Of a stretch of 64,000 nucleotides of DNA, positions 1-13,900 are shown piece after piece. The translations under genes and the position numbers were made by a program. Positions within the stretch are counted from its first letter, which is position 1. Every line of letters starts with the position of its first letter. The notes under the pieces are model-generated. The model was not told where the DNA came from and did no database searches. It saw only the letters and a program-made list of their open reading frames with translations. This stretch comes from Oikopleura dioica. Its lineage: Eukaryota > Animalia > Chordata. Location: NCBI GenBank assembly GCA_907165135.1, contig OU015569.1, forward strand, positions 3,596,001 through 3,660,000. The letters run 5' to 3'.

Positions 1-155
1 AATAAAAATGTCAACTAGATCAAACCAAGTTTCACTTTCTTCTTGCTAGGTATCTTGAAGTATGATAAGCTATCACATTATTGTCATTTTTTTCCTAAAA
101 AAATATATCGGATTTATATTTTTCAAGTGTAAAAACCAGTTGGTTTCTGACAAAG

Positions 156-299
156 CTGTACTCGGCAACCTGTGTAAAAGGCCTGTGTCAGGGCCTGAAC
201 TGACTTTTTTAAAATGTGAGCCGCAAAGCCTGTTTAAAAAAGCCGCAGCGCGGCTTTTAATGTAAGATCTAAGGACCCTGACTCAGGTTCGGAGCCCAG
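156..299. mobile_element. Degenerate short hAT-like MITE relic, related to the element at 30912-31514
   Basis: Left end CTGTACTCGGCAACCTGTGT matches the left end of the 30912 element (CTGGGCTCGGCAAACTGTGT) at 17/20. Right end is ...GGAGCCCAG. Flanking 8-mers TGACAAAG / TGACATGA match at 5/8, a possible decayed TSD. Confidence 0.45.
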
Positions 300-929
300 T
301 GACATGACGATCTTCTTATTCTATTTATAAATTATAATGTTAATTATTCTCAATTCTTTATCTTGGTCCAGATCTAAAAATATGTTTTTGGTGGAATTCC
401 AGCGCTCGGCTTGATTGGCATTTTTTTTCGCGTGATGTGATGAGCCCTCTGGAAAGTTATCCCCTCTCGTCAATAATAAGTTAGAAAGGTCGAAATTGGA
501 AAAGTAAAAATTTACTCTCTTTTTTGGAAAATCGATGCTCGGAAGTAGCGCGACGCAGACTCTTATTTGGAGCGCGAGTTTTGTCTAGCTTTTTCTTTTG
601 GCGAGTTTGGCCGCCAAAATATGTTTTCGATTTTTGGCGAGTAAAGCCGTTTTTCCCGAAAATAGGATTGAAATTCCGATAAACCGAGTGTAGAGAAAAC
701 GAATCTTGGAGTCTTCATCTTGGTGCAATTTAATGCACGTCTCTTATGTCCGCGAGACAGATGGGTAAATTCAAACTTGCGTCAAATCTCCATTTGATTG
801 TCTCACTAGTTTCGATTCAAGGCTTTCTCTGTTTTCATAGTACACTGTGTTAGTGTAAATGTAAACAATTAGAAAAAGAAAAATGGGTTGAAAAATAAGT
901 TAAATTTCAGCGGTCCGCGGTGCTCGGTG

Positions 930-3398
930 ATGTTCAACGCAGAACCGCCAGGATTCGAAGAAGGCCGTCGCTTTGTATCCGACTCGGAAGACTCCGATGG
1001 TGAGAACGCACCTATCCACAACGTTACCCAGTCTCACCAGAGGAAGAATCGTTGGCACCATGTTCAAGGTTCGAATCATTTTTTAATGATAAAAAGACAT
1101 CCCGTCTCAACCCAGTTTTGACCTTTTTTCTTCAGATTTGGACAGTTTTTTCACGCGCGTTTACCAGTACCACCAGCAGCACGGGCTCACGTGCATGGTC
1201 CTATCAAGCTCGTTCGAGCTGTTCCGCTTTTTCTTCATTGTTTGGTTCTCGACGGAGTTGCGCCATTGCGTGGACTACTCGATCCTCTTCCGCGATCACG
1301 ACAACGAGCACGTGACGCTTTTTGACGGACTCAAGAATCGCACCGAGTGCCACAAAAGCATCCGCGAAGATGCTACTTGGGTCTTTTTCCTGCTTTTTGC
1401 CTTTTTCTATGGTGCTACGCAGTCAATCAAGCTGGCCTTGCGACTATTCAACTTCCTCGATATCAAAAACTTTTATCAAGAGGCGCTTGGAATTTCCGCC
1501 GAGAAGCTTGAGCATCTCTCTTGGTTACAGATCCAGGAGAAACTTCTCGATGCCCAGAAGCTCAATCAAATGTGCATTCACAAAGAGGAGCTCACTGAAC
1601 TTGACGTTCACAATCGAATTCTTCGCTACAAAAACTATATGATTGCCATGGTAAGACCCTCTCTTCTCCCGCCGAAACCTCACCACTTCTAGATCGATCG
1701 TCATATTCTTCCGTTGCAAAGCCGTGTCCCTTTTCTTGGCGAGATAACTTTCCTTACTGAAGGGCTGAGGATAAATTTGGAGTGGCTCCTTTTCGGAAAA
1801 CATCTCAACAATCCATGGGCGCCATTTTCCTCCTTTCAACTCAAACGTAAACAGCTTCCTCAAAACCAATAAATAAAATGCAAAATTTAGCTCAATACAA
1901 AAGAAGGGCTTGTAGAGATGAGCGCGCGCAGGATCTGTCCAAGCGCATTCTTATTCTGGGAATCATCAACTTGCTTGCTATGCCCGTCGTTTTCATCTTT
2001 CAGTTCATGTGGACATTCTTCAACTATCTAGCTGTCGTCAAGTAAGATGGGAAGAATGAGCAACGAATCTACTTGAAAAATAATTATAGGCGGGAACCAG
2101 GCTTTCTCGGCATGCGCAAGTGGTCTTTGTATTCAACCTTTGCGCTGCGGCACTACAACGAGTTGAACCACCAGTTCAAAGAACGTCTCTCTCGAGCGAT
2201 CAAGCCATCGAATCGTTACATGGAGTCTTTTATTTCGTACTCCTTGGTAGAAATCGCGAAGCTCATCTCCTTCCTTTGCTCGGCTGTACTCGGGTATGCG
2301 CTCTAAAAAAGATCTTTGGTTAGATTTTACTGTTGTAGCGTCTTCATCATTCTTGGAATCGTGGACGACGATTTCTTCCGTGTCGAACATGCGCTTTCAA
2401 TTATGACTTTGCTTGGAATCGTGCTTGGAATAACGCTTTCGTTAATTCCTGATGATTTCTTTGGTTTGTTCATTTCACAAAAATTAAAAAAATAACTCAA
2501 TTCCAGTGCCACTACACTTCGAACTGCTTTCACTAGTACGAGACCATGTGCATTACATTTCAAACGATATGATCGCCGACCCAAAGTCGCCCGCTACGCA
2601 AAAGAAATTCGCAACGCTTTTCCAGGTAAGCGAACAAGTAAACGCGGATTAAATTACACTGACGTCTTAGATGAAATTGGCCTATATTATCGAAGAATTG
2701 ATTTCACCTATCGTAACACCGCTTTTCCTCATATTTAAACTGCGTCACCGTGCCCCAGAGATCGTCGACTTCCTCCGCCAAAATACAGTAGAAGTCCAGG
2801 GAGTGGGCGACATCTGCAAATTCGCCCTGATGGAAAACAAGAGAAGTTTTATAGACTCGCAGGAGCTCTACGGTGATCACCAGTCAACAGGTACTATCAC
2901 TTATTCTGCTTGTCAATACTGTGCGCTTTAGGTCTTTCCTGTCCCAAGACGGACATGTCGTTGGTGAACTTCTCCGTTCGCCACCCGAAATGGAAGCCGC
3001 CAAAGGAAGGCCAAGAACTGCTCGAGAAGATCAACGACAAACTAGCGCGAATGACGAATGTAAATGATAGAAGTCTTTTCACTCGGACAGATCCGCTGGT
3101 CGCATCTCTCTCTCCACTCGACAGTTGTTTGCTGGCGCCTCCAGCGCCATATTTGGGCACCATTTCCGAAAACTCGACGCAGTCTTACACCAACAAAACG
3201 CAGCAAACTCTTGCTCAGAGGTAAAACTTCCGTGCCGTATCAAAAGCGAATATTCGTTACTTTAGCATGGCCGCCTATCACGACCTCGGCTCGACATCGC
3301 ACCGCATGGCGACATCCCTTCCCGCCGAAAACAACGCCGCTTTTGAGGATTCCCAAAGCTCCTCGGTTCCGCCCGCTCTGACTAAATCGAGTGCCTAA
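930..3398 (+). CDS. ATG9: Autophagy-related protein 9 (lipid scramblase), multi-exon
   Basis: Spliced translation gives WHHVQDLDSFFTRVYQYHQQHG, HNRILRYKNYMIAM, KREPGFLGMRKWS, FRHYNEL-like LRHYNELNHQF and LAYIIEELISPIVTP. The introns I traced are GT-AG. Confidence 0.95.
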
Positions 3399-3490
3399 AG
3401 CTTAAAAAAAATATTTCTGTACAAAGTTCAAGAAAAAAAGATCTAACTCATTTAAACTAGATTACACCACAAGTGACCTAACTATAAATA

Positions 3491-4409
3491 TCATGTATTA
3501 TTATATTGTGACAGTTTTTGATATTCTATGTTTAACGACCTTGCTTTCTCCACAAAGCGCTTCATTTTGATCATGCTTGCCAGGCTTTCACGACTGAAGA
3601 AAGAGAGCGATAGAATCAGGCTTTCAGCCGGAACATATCTCTTTCTCTTCGTCGCCGATGATTCAATTGCTTTGCGAACTATGCAACTTTTTCGTGTTTT
3701 ATTTGTTGCCATTCTCATTCAAGGTCTTTTCGCTGGTCCCAAGACGAGCTTGAAAAAATCATTTCTCATGGTCAATTTTCCAGCTCGCTTTCGGCCTCGC
3801 ACTCGTTCAATCAAAATTTATTAAATAAAAAATACAACAAAAAATTTGAAACATTTCATTTCTTCTTTTCCACAAGTTATTTAAATAAATCTTCGACATA
3901 AAGGAAAGTCTTCGTTTTTCATTCCTTCGCTTTATTTTCAGCAGCAAGTTGGGCCCAAGCCTTTTGACAGTAGAATTTGTTTTGGCGCTTTCTTTTCTTC
4001 TATGTTCATAAATTGTTATGATAGGGAAAATTTACCGGGGTATAGGGTCATTAATAATGATTATATTTGTCTCATGAAATTGATCTTGACCCTAGCCTGA
4101 AAGCCTTTCTCAGCTTTTCTTTCTCAGCATTTTCTGACTTGACTACCAGGCGCTTTCAATTAGTTTTAGAGATATTTTCTAGTCTACATTAAAATTTTAG
4201 CTTCATGCAGGTAGATTTTTATTTGAAAGCAGTTTCCCTCTTTGCATTTCTTTTTCAATCTCGATCAATTTCGCCTTGATTCCAATTAACTTAATCAAGT
4301 AGGAACACGTTGGTATTACCTGTAGTTGTTGAATGTTCTGATTAGGTGGAACTTCGCAGAAATTTTTCCGTTGCTTCAGGATTTCTTCTAGTTCGGATGA
4401 ACTCATCAC
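3491..4409 (-). CDS. Possible orphan multi-exon K/E-rich protein
   Basis: Several short K/E-rich minus-strand ORF pieces (4203-4409, ~4100-4160, ~3900-4000, 3491-3718) lie between ATG9 and PECR. No family recognised and splicing is unresolved. Confidence 0.25.
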
Positions 4410-4593
4410 TCATGCAATCTCAAAGTGACTTGCCAAATCTAACGAATCTACCTAGGCTTTAGGCATGCTAATACTAAGTCATGAAACAGAATCGAGACGC
4501 GACGTGACTCATTGTCCTTACCTACTACGATCAAGTTTATCTTACTCTGCTCATTGTAACTTTGACGATTTTCTAAAAAATAAATGATTTAGA

Positions 4594-5613
4594 ATGCAGC
4601 GTATTTTCGCGAAGAGCCTTTTTTCGAACAAAGTTGCAATCGTGACGGGTGGAGGAACGGGCATCGGGATGGCCACTGCCAAGGGATTCGTTGAGCTCGG
4701 CGGCAAAGTAGTCATAGCTGGACGAGATAAAGCGAGAATCGACGAAGGCGTTGAAAAAATCAAGGCGCACTGTTCCGACGGTGCCGAGGTCTTAGGACTA
4801 GAGTGTAACATCAGAAAACGCGACCAGGTTACTTTCTTTTTGTGTTCTCTGATGTAATACTTCCAAGGTCGCAAAAATGGTGACTGACACAATCGATAAG
4901 TTCGGCCGTTTAGACGGACTTGTTAACAATGGCGGTGGACAGTTCTGGTCGCCGGCAGAAAACATCTCCCCTGGAGGATTCCACGCCGTAGTTGATACCA
5001 ATTTGAAAGGCTCCTGGAACTGTATGCAGGAAGCGTATCATCAGTACATGGGCGAGAATGGCGGCAAGATCGTGAACATTGTGCTGATGTCGGAAATGGG
5101 ACTCGCCGGTATGAGCCACTCGGCTGCGGCAAGAGAGGCCGTCAAGAATTTATCAATTACGCTTGGAACAGAATGGGCAGAAAAAAACATTCAAATAAAC
5201 TGCATCGCACCTGGAATTTTCCCATCTGAAACTGCTGTAGCTGCTTATGGAGAGCAGGTTAGAACTAACTCAGCTCTGAGAATTTTAATCAATCTCTGCA
5301 GGCGAAAGAAATCTTCGACAAAAGTGCGGCTAACGTTCCCAAAAAGAGGCTTGGAGATTTGTATGAAGGAGAGAGTCTTTCCGAGGGGACACTTTCGATG
5401 GATTTGATACCGCAAATTCTTTTTAATCTCACCGACGGCGTCCAGTATACCACCGGTATGACAGAGCTTTCGAATGATGGATTCTAGAACGAAATTTGTT
5501 TTAAAGGGCAAACTACGAATGTCTGCGGCGGAGTCACTTTCTTCAACAACTATTTGAAGGGCGTCTACGACATCGAAGCATGGATGGAAGAGCGTGGAAT
5601 CAACATGGGCTGA
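4594..5613 (+). CDS. PECR: Short-chain dehydrogenase/reductase, peroxisomal trans-2-enoyl-CoA reductase-like
   Basis: TGGGTGIG NADP-binding motif, LVNNGGGQF, HSAAAREAVKNL and INCIAPG. Four GT-AG introns reconstructed. No obvious PTS1 (ends GINMG). Confidence 0.8.
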
Positions 5614-5787
5614 GCACCATTTTTTAGCTTGCGCTGATTATTCTTCGTGATATTTTTCTAATTGATGTCTCTTGAAAACAAGAGCAGATTATTTTCTAAG
5701 TTCTGATTATTTTCATGATTCTGCAATAATTTCTTCAATTCAATGAGCTCGCAATCAGACGAAGCTTTTAGATAGAATCGGGCGGAA

Positions 5788-7727
5788 ATGAGTGACGAGA
5801 AGAAATTCCCATGGTACAGGGAGCGACTAAAGGCAAAATATGCAAACGACATGAATCCAACTTTGAATCACAGAAACTGGACTTTCGTCAAAACCGGGCT
5901 CGACGACTTTAGAGATGGAATGCCGCCAGATTTTGTTAAATACACGATAGGACCATCGAAGAGTACAGGACCGAGCGTTCGAAATAAACCTCCCATGTAA
6001 GATTTTTCATAGAAAGAGAGCGGCTTCAACTAATTTTAAGCGGGCAAATAAAGGAAGTTCCAGCTTCTAAAAAGAAGAGCACCAAGTTGGATAAGAATGA
6101 GCGATTTTATTCAAAGCGAATTCCAGGTTGAAATTTATCCTAATTAAATGATTTGTAAATTTGCTCTAGCTGCTGAGAGACGAAGACGACGAGTTGAAGC
6201 GCTTGAGAAAAATCTAAAGGAACATCCTCTCGCTCTCTTCCCAGATCTTGAAAACGGACTCACACCAGAATTATACGAAGAAATCGTCGACATTCTTGAT
6301 CCAGAACTGCTCGACTACCCAGAAGATAACCTTACAGAGACTCTTTCCGAAACAGACGAACGTAGATCAGGTAAGACACGAATTCTGGCGGCTTTTAATG
6401 AATTTCAGTTGAATCTGAGTCCTCCGCTCAAACGGACTCTGATTTCAGCGTCAAAGCTAAAAAGTCTAAACCGAAGGGCAAACTTATGTTTCAGGGTAAA
6501 CTCGTAATTATACGAATTGTTAATAAGCAGTCTGCTTATTACTCTGAGAGTAATCATCATATTTCAATTAATTGATTCAAGTCAGTGTTTCATCCATTGA
6601 TATTCCCATTTGATTCTGATATCATTTGTGAGCGCACCAATTAATGGTAATTTGTAAATGGTCGCGCAATTTGATTCTGAGTGAAGGCTCAAGTTAACTC
6701 GGCTTATAATTTATCAATTCAGAGATCGAAGTGAATCTCGACGAGTCAACAGATTCCACGGCCACGCATGGAGACCCAACTCTCCCTCTTGACAAACTCT
6801 TCCGTAAAAAAGGCAACCCTGCCGATCACATAAAGACTCTTGAGCTCGAGAGGCACGAGAAGAAAGTTAAAGAGATTGCTGAAGACTTCATCAGCTGGGC
6901 GGACGTTCTCGGTCCAGAAGGGCCAACGCTCGGTTCCGACACCATTCAGGCGCTTTTTACATCTGGTTACACGCAGTCAAAGCCCCTTGCTTCAGCAGTT
7001 AAAATTGTCGAGCTCAACTCGATTCCACCCGAGTTGAGAGCCGAAACTGGGATGGCACCGACTGCTGACATCTCTCATCTGCCGGATAATGTACCGCATG
7101 TTTCCAGGGATGGATTCTGAATTTGAGATGTTTCTATTGATCAAGCATGGCAACTCTATTGGGAAACAAATTATCGTATTCTTAGAAAAACAATACTCGA
7201 CACGCTTAGAATCCAAATTCAGTCGACCACAAATAGGCAATCGCTACGGCGCTTGGTACCTGAAACCAGAATCGTGGAAGCTGTCCAAGAAGAGCGAGCC
7301 ACTGATAGATCCTTATGAGCTGCAAGAACAGGAGGACCTTGAGCCATCTGAGCATGATAAAGGCATTGTTGGAAAAGAACATCCTAGACACAAAGAGACC
7401 TGATTCCGTTTCGATTCCATCCCGAGTCGACACAGAAGGGAGAATCATTGTTTATTCACCCGAGAAAATATTTCGTTTTATAGCCAAATTATGAAAGAGA
7501 AATTATTCTTATTTTTGGAAATCAAATTCAAAATAATAATTTTCTAACAATTTAAAAAAGAACTTGCCAAGTTGCACGGCGCTCAAACTTTCCGAGCATT
7601 CCTTGAAAAACACAACACGAAGGTTCCCTCGTTCATGACAGATGTGATAGCAGCGCAAGATTATCAAGAGAAGCCGAAAGCCAAGTCTCCGAGCAAGGAA
7701 ACAGTTGATGATGAGACGTCTGACTGA
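5788..7727 (+). CDS. FAM47: FAM47 family protein
   Basis: PWYRERL, WTFVKTGLDDFRDGMPP, HPLALFPDL, RYGAWYLKP and LHGAQTFRAFL resemble FAM47 blocks. The last intron is probably GC-AG. Confidence 0.75.
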
Positions 7728-7849
7728 TAAAGAGCTGCTTTGCCGTTCCTTCCCTGTTACTTTGTGTGACCTTTATTTTTTATACAAAATAAATATTATT
7801 TTTTTAATTGCCTTTAATGCTGAGCTTTACTGCGTTTAGAAATGATGTC

Positions 7850-10426
7850 ATGAGTAGGGAGAGTGCGAGTACGCCTCCACCGGTGCCGACGAGAAGTGGC
7901 TCTGTGCGTTATACAAGTGTAAGTAATTTTACCGACTGGACAGGAAGCGTTTCTGATTGTTTGCTTCAATGTCAAAATGTTAAAAAAATCGAAAACGAAA
8001 TAAAGGCAAATCAGGGTCACTGGGGCGGTCTGTAAGCTCTGCATATACTGATGATGAGAAACCGCTTCCGGCAGCGCCCGAGAAAGAAGACAGAGGAACA
8101 CTACGAAAAGTCATAAAATTTATATTACCAAGGAGGCGATCTTACCGATTTACGAGCCATATGATCTAAACTTATCGATTACTAAAAATGGAAAATTACT
8201 TAATCTTCTTCAGTAGACTCTCTGAATAATGAATATCTCCGAAAAAGTCGACAGAGTCGAGAAACCGAATATCGCCCAGAAATATCGAACCCGTCAAAGT
8301 TTGAGCATCATGTTCACGTGGGCTTCAACCCCGACACGGGTGAGTTCTCAGGCTTGCCCGAAATGTGGGCGAAGATCTTGATGCAGTCCAATCTGACCGT
8401 TACAGAAACCAAAAACAACCCAGAAGCAGTTCTTGATGCACTTCATTATTATACAAATCCGAGTCAGAATCAACGGTTCATGGACATTCGCGACAAATCT
8501 ACAATTCAAGCGCAATCAAAGCCATTTTCCACGAGAAGGAACGCTAGTCAAAATAAACTGATTGTCGGTTGATAATTGCCGATTAGAAAAACAAGATATG
8601 AGTAGCTCAAAACAGAAGCCTGCCATCATCTTCATCAGAAGACGAAGACGAGTCAGTTCCCCCTCCACAGCCTCCGCCGCGTCCCTTGAGCACAATGTCA
8701 ATCAACACAAAGCGACTGACCGTCGTTGAGCCCATGGGTTTGGTCGAGGAGGCTTCCACAGAAGAGAATTCAAAGAGTAGCAACAAAAGCCAAGTGCAAG
8801 TGGACGCGAATGGTGTTGCTCGCCGTGTGCGATCGTCAAAAAGCAAAATCTCGGACGAGGAGGTCTACAGTAGACTCCGCAAGATCGTCTCGGTCGGCGA
8901 TCCGGAGCTCAAGTATAGAAATTTCAAGAAAATAGGACAGGTATGCGACAATTTTCATTCTATCATTAGTATCCTTTTAGGGTGCATCTGGGGTCGTGTA
9001 CACTGCCGTTGAGACATCTACTGGTCGCGAAGTGGCGATAAAGCAAATGAATCTCGCCGCGCAACCAAAAAAAGAGCTCATCATCAATGAAATCATTGTA
9101 ATGAAAAGCCACAAGCACAGGTAGGAGTTATTTAGATTCGCTCATTTCAACTTGACTTTTAAAAGAAATATTGTCAACTATCTGGACTCTTTCATCAAAA
9201 ACGATGAGCTCTGGGTTGTGATGGAATTCCTCGCTGGTGGAAGCCTAACCGACGTTGTCACAGAAACGTGCATGGATGAAGGGCAAATCGCCGCCGTCTG
9301 TCGCGAAGTTCTTGAGGTAAATTCTCCATTCCAGGTGTCTGTGACGCTGGACCCTCTTAAGTCATTTGTTTTTTTTTCGTAAGATATTTATAATGCGCAG
9401 TTTTCTTTGTAAATTAAGCGACGTTATATTAATTTTTGAGACATAAATCATCCCTTATACGTGAAAATCTAGGTCTATCTATATTTCAGGAATAAATTAG
9501 CCCAAGGGCTGATATTATCCGAATTTTTCCTATATGGAAGCAAAGCCATAACGACGTAGTGCGATTACCTTTACGTAAGATACCTGCGTTGGCGGTCGTC
9601 GAATTCTCAATAAGAACTGCTGACGTCTAGCCTTTTTATTTTACTAGGAGTCGGCCATTTGCTTTCTTACTTGTATTCTTTACTAGGCGCTTGAATTCCT
9701 TCATGCCAGGAGCGTAATCCACCGTGATATCAAGTCTGATAATATTCTGCTGGGAATGGACGGCTCAGTCAAACTCACCGACTTTGGCTTTTGTGCTGAA
9801 CTAAAAGGCGAAAAACGGACGACCATGGTGGGTACGCCGTATTGGATGGCTCCCGAAGTCGTCAAGCGAAAGGTCAGTATTTATTCGATTCGTTGGTGGA
9901 ACATTTTCTCAAGACTTACGGGCCCAAAGTCGATGTTTGGTCGTTAGGAATAATGGCCATCGAGATGGTGGAAGGTGAGCCGCCCTACTTAAACGAGAAA
10001 CCCCTCAGAGCTCTTTTTCTTATCGCGTCTAATGGAACGCCTGAAATCGAAAACAAAGATTCCCTCAGTGAAGATTTCCAAGATTTTCTCTCCTGTTGTT
10101 TAGGTAAGCAACTCATTCTTGTTTCCGTGATCCTTTGTCACGAAGGCTTCGACATTTGCCATCAATCCTCAAAGGATAGAATTTCCAATAACGGAAAATG
10201 TTATCGTTTGTTCGACAACGTTTGAGACTTTGATAGCATATACTTCGGGCGAATATTAATAAGCGACCATCCATCTAATACGATATTAATAGAAGTGGAC
10301 ATCGAAAAACGATGGAGCGCTACTCAACTGCTGAAACACCGCTTCCTAAAGCATTCAAAACCGTTAAGTTCATTGACTCCCCTCATTCTCGCCGCCAGAG
10401 AAGTGCTGGAAGGAAATCGCCTTTGA
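7850..10426 (+). CDS. PAK: p21-activated kinase, group I (CRIB + STE20 kinase domain)
   Basis: [53 protein letters not shown] and [10 protein letters not shown]. Confidence 0.95.
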
Positions 10427-10914
10427 CCCGCACTTCGTGAGCAACCCAAAATCCCGCTTTCTTCCTTATTTCTTATTGTAATACGTCTTAGTCTTGCCGC
10501 TAACAATATCGCCCTCCCAAAAAAAAAGAATTTTCAACATGTTTGTTCAAGCACGAATCTTCACCCACTAGAACCGCCGACTCAAAGAAAAAAAGCTTTT
10601 TATTCAACCTTCCTATCATTTTATCCAGTTACTGACTGTTCTTCCTTCAGTAGTATTCAGGACCTTCCTCTTTCGATCGCTCTTCCTCACTCTTTTCACC
10701 TATCAATCACTCGTTTTCCCAGATAAAAAACCTACATGATTCCGGCGTCAAAACTCTTCTAATTTATTTTAACTTTAGAGAGCTGATAGGCAAATCGTGA
10801 TCGGGCGATTTCACTGCCATTCCAAATAGAAACGCTATCTCAAATCAACTTCATGACATACCAGCACTAAAAAACAACAAAGACTAACACGACTCAAAAC
10901 TACTTTCATTCACC

Positions 10915-13900
10915 ATGGCGGACAAAGCTGCAACGAAGAAGAAATTCTTCGACAAAATGAAGGAGCATCTACAGAAGAAAGAAGCTGCTAAATTAGTTTA
11001 GGCTTCTTAAATTAAATTAACTTTTGAAATTGTCATTTATTTATAACTTTATGAAACCAAGAGCAGATAGATCCTCATCACTTCGACACATTCCATCAGC
11101 TTTCGACTCTAGCAACAACTCAACTCTAGACCCAAGTAACACCTCTGCATCGCGAATAGAAGAGCTGGAAATTTCGATGTCGGAGAAAAACGACATCATC
11201 AGTCGCCTAACCGAGCAACTTGACGCTGCCGGTCGCCAAATCGATCAAATGGGCGTCAAGGTTAATTTCGAATTGAATAAATGTTCTTTTACGGGTTAAT
11301 CTTAGCTGAATGCGGTGGCGATGCACAACAATAACCATTTCATGTCGGAAGCCAGCAAGATTCAAGTGGAATTTGAAAAACAGCTGGAAACGCAGCAGAA
11401 GCGACTTCAGGAGGAAGTTGAAAAGACGAAACTTTTGGAGATGACGCTCGCTGGACAGGTAAGGAAATTCTAGAATAGCTTCGATATTGACTTGTCCAGG
11501 GAACGAGTCAGCGAGAGGTAGATCGCCTCAGAGAAGACCTTGACGCCGAGAGCGAGAAGTTTTTCAAGGCCCAAGAAGAACTGGATTGTGCCCGTTCGCG
11601 AATCGAAGACCTTGCCGAACAGCTTGCCAGAAAAGATCAACTGGTAAAAGAGATGGAAGAGAAACAAAACACGCACGTTGAACGTCAACATGCGCAAATC
11701 GACCAGCTCGAGCAAGACTTCAGAAACCGGCAGCAAGAGGCCGATGACAAGCTTCGCTTCCTTCTTGAAGAAAAGACAAAACTTGAACGTCAAGTTTCTC
11801 AACTGCAGGAAGACTTGGAAATCAACAAGGACGATCGAAGTCGCATCCGAGAAGCGCTCGAGGAGGAAAACCGATATCTCCTTTCCGAGCGAGATAAACA
11901 GCAGGTGCGATTGTTATTGTTTTTTGCGGGCGTTTTTTACCTCGACTTTCTCAGATTTTTTTCGTGAAAAAACGTTTTTAAGTTCAAGTCTCTATAAATG
12001 GGAAAGTTCAAACTAAAGAGAAAATTCTCATTCTTATCGACCAAGAAACGACCTTCAAAAAAGGAAAAACTGCGCGGTCGAGAGGTAGTAAATCACTAAA
12101 TATATATTTTTTAAATCTTGATTTTTCTCCGATTATAGACAAGACCAAACAGGGTGATCAAACTCGCAAATTAATCGTAAATCAGTGACGAGACAACTAA
12201 ATGAAATAATCACGCTATGAGTTTTCATAAATTTATTTTTCAGGAACTTTACATCGCTCAAGAAAAATCCCTCACTGAGGAGCTGAGAAAAAAGGATGAA
12301 AGAATCGCAGAGCTCGAGAGCGAGAAAGTCAACAATGACAATCAAACCTTTTCGGATTCTGACGATGATGACTTTCATACGAACATACGCGAGCTAGACG
12401 CGATCAATGACAAGTTTTACGAGGTAAATCCAGGGGTAAGTTGATATCGTAGTCGATGCTTTATTCTTTTCAGAATAAGCAGTTTTTAGTTATTAACTTT
12501 GTTCAATTTAACTCGCACGTTGGATTTTAGTCAATAAACGCATAAGCAATTATAGTTTTCGATGTTTTCTACCTCGAGTGCGTGTGTACACATATTCGGA
12601 AGGCGATTTCACTTTTTGCTGATAGTCAAATTTGCATTACAGTTAGAGAATGGAACGTAGGGGCGCGTCCTTTCTCAACTGTCGTTTGACTCGCTCCGTT
12701 CTCGCTAATGAGTGAGGATAGCCTCGGCTACTTCGTTCACATAGACGGAAAGGCGATTCCCATCAAGAGAAAGAGAAAAGCAGACCCAAATTCAGAGAGA
12801 CTGAATAAAACAATCTCTTTTCCAGTGAGTGCCCACCGGATTTTCTCTCTATATTTATAGTCAGCCTTTGAAAGAAAAGACAATTAAAAGTTATCTTTGC
12901 TTAATTTTCGGATTAAAGGATGGCCTGAAATTATTTCCCTCTAATAAGTTGATAGTTTATCAAGTACACTTGTGTCGGATAAGAGAGATACTCGGTCCTT
13001 TATCACCGATTTTAGTGACAATTTTATCATTAGTTTAAGTTAGGGGCGAGGACTCTTTTGAGTCCTCGTTCATTTCGCGATGATATTCTTCATCGCTGCG
13101 ACCTCATTTGATGGCGCTGGTAAAGGATCACTAATTGCTTCTAGTGTTACCCAGACTAATCATTGTATCGTTAATGGATAAGCCTCATTATCAATATTAA
13201 TTAAAAATAGATCGCCTCGGTACTACTGTTATGGTCTTTTCTCATAATCCCTTTTAAGGGGTCCCCCTCCGGAATTTCAAATCTTGATGACGGGCCCTTC
13301 TGAGACATATTTAGATTCCCCGTGTTCTATGCATCATTTTGATGGTTTATAGTCCCCCCTTACAAATATCTTAACTCAAAACTTTAGCCTTCGAAAATCG
13401 CAAAAATGCATGTAAATTGTACTTAGCGTGAAAATCGTAATTTTTTCGACTTTTCAATGTCCTCAAAAATATACAAATAAGGGGTCTATCGAAAGCTCAG
13501 GATGTACTGAGTAAGAATATAATACCCGCACAAGAATTTTCGGCCATAATTCGGCGCTAGAGAGCAATTTAATGCCAAAAATAGGCGAAAATGGGTTTGA
13601 ATAGTTTTTCTTAAGAAAAATTTTTTCTCACTTGATCAATCATGCTAAAGCTACTTGCAAATTCAGATAAGCGTCTACTCTTTCGAGTCTGCAAGTTTTA
13701 AGAGCAAAACAAAAGCCCAATGAAATTTTATTTCGGCTTGAAAACACCCCAAAAAGGCGTTTTCTGAAAATTCGAATTTTTCAAGAGCCTCTGGTGGCAC
13801 GTTTGGGATTCGGAAAAGAGCTAACGCTACTTGCAAATTGCAATGAAGGCCTAAACTTTCACATGAAATTGAAATTAGATAAATTCACAATGCCAAACAA

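Noticed and set aside
1060-1080. tRNA T-loop-like GGTTCGAATC (also GGTTCGAA at ~34304)
   Set aside because: No cloverleaf or D-arm context. The first is an ATG9 exon-intron junction.
7081-7230. Possible non-canonical intron in FAM47
   Set aside because: Phase-0 GT donors can pair with AGs at 7127 or 7145, so it cannot be decided from sequence.
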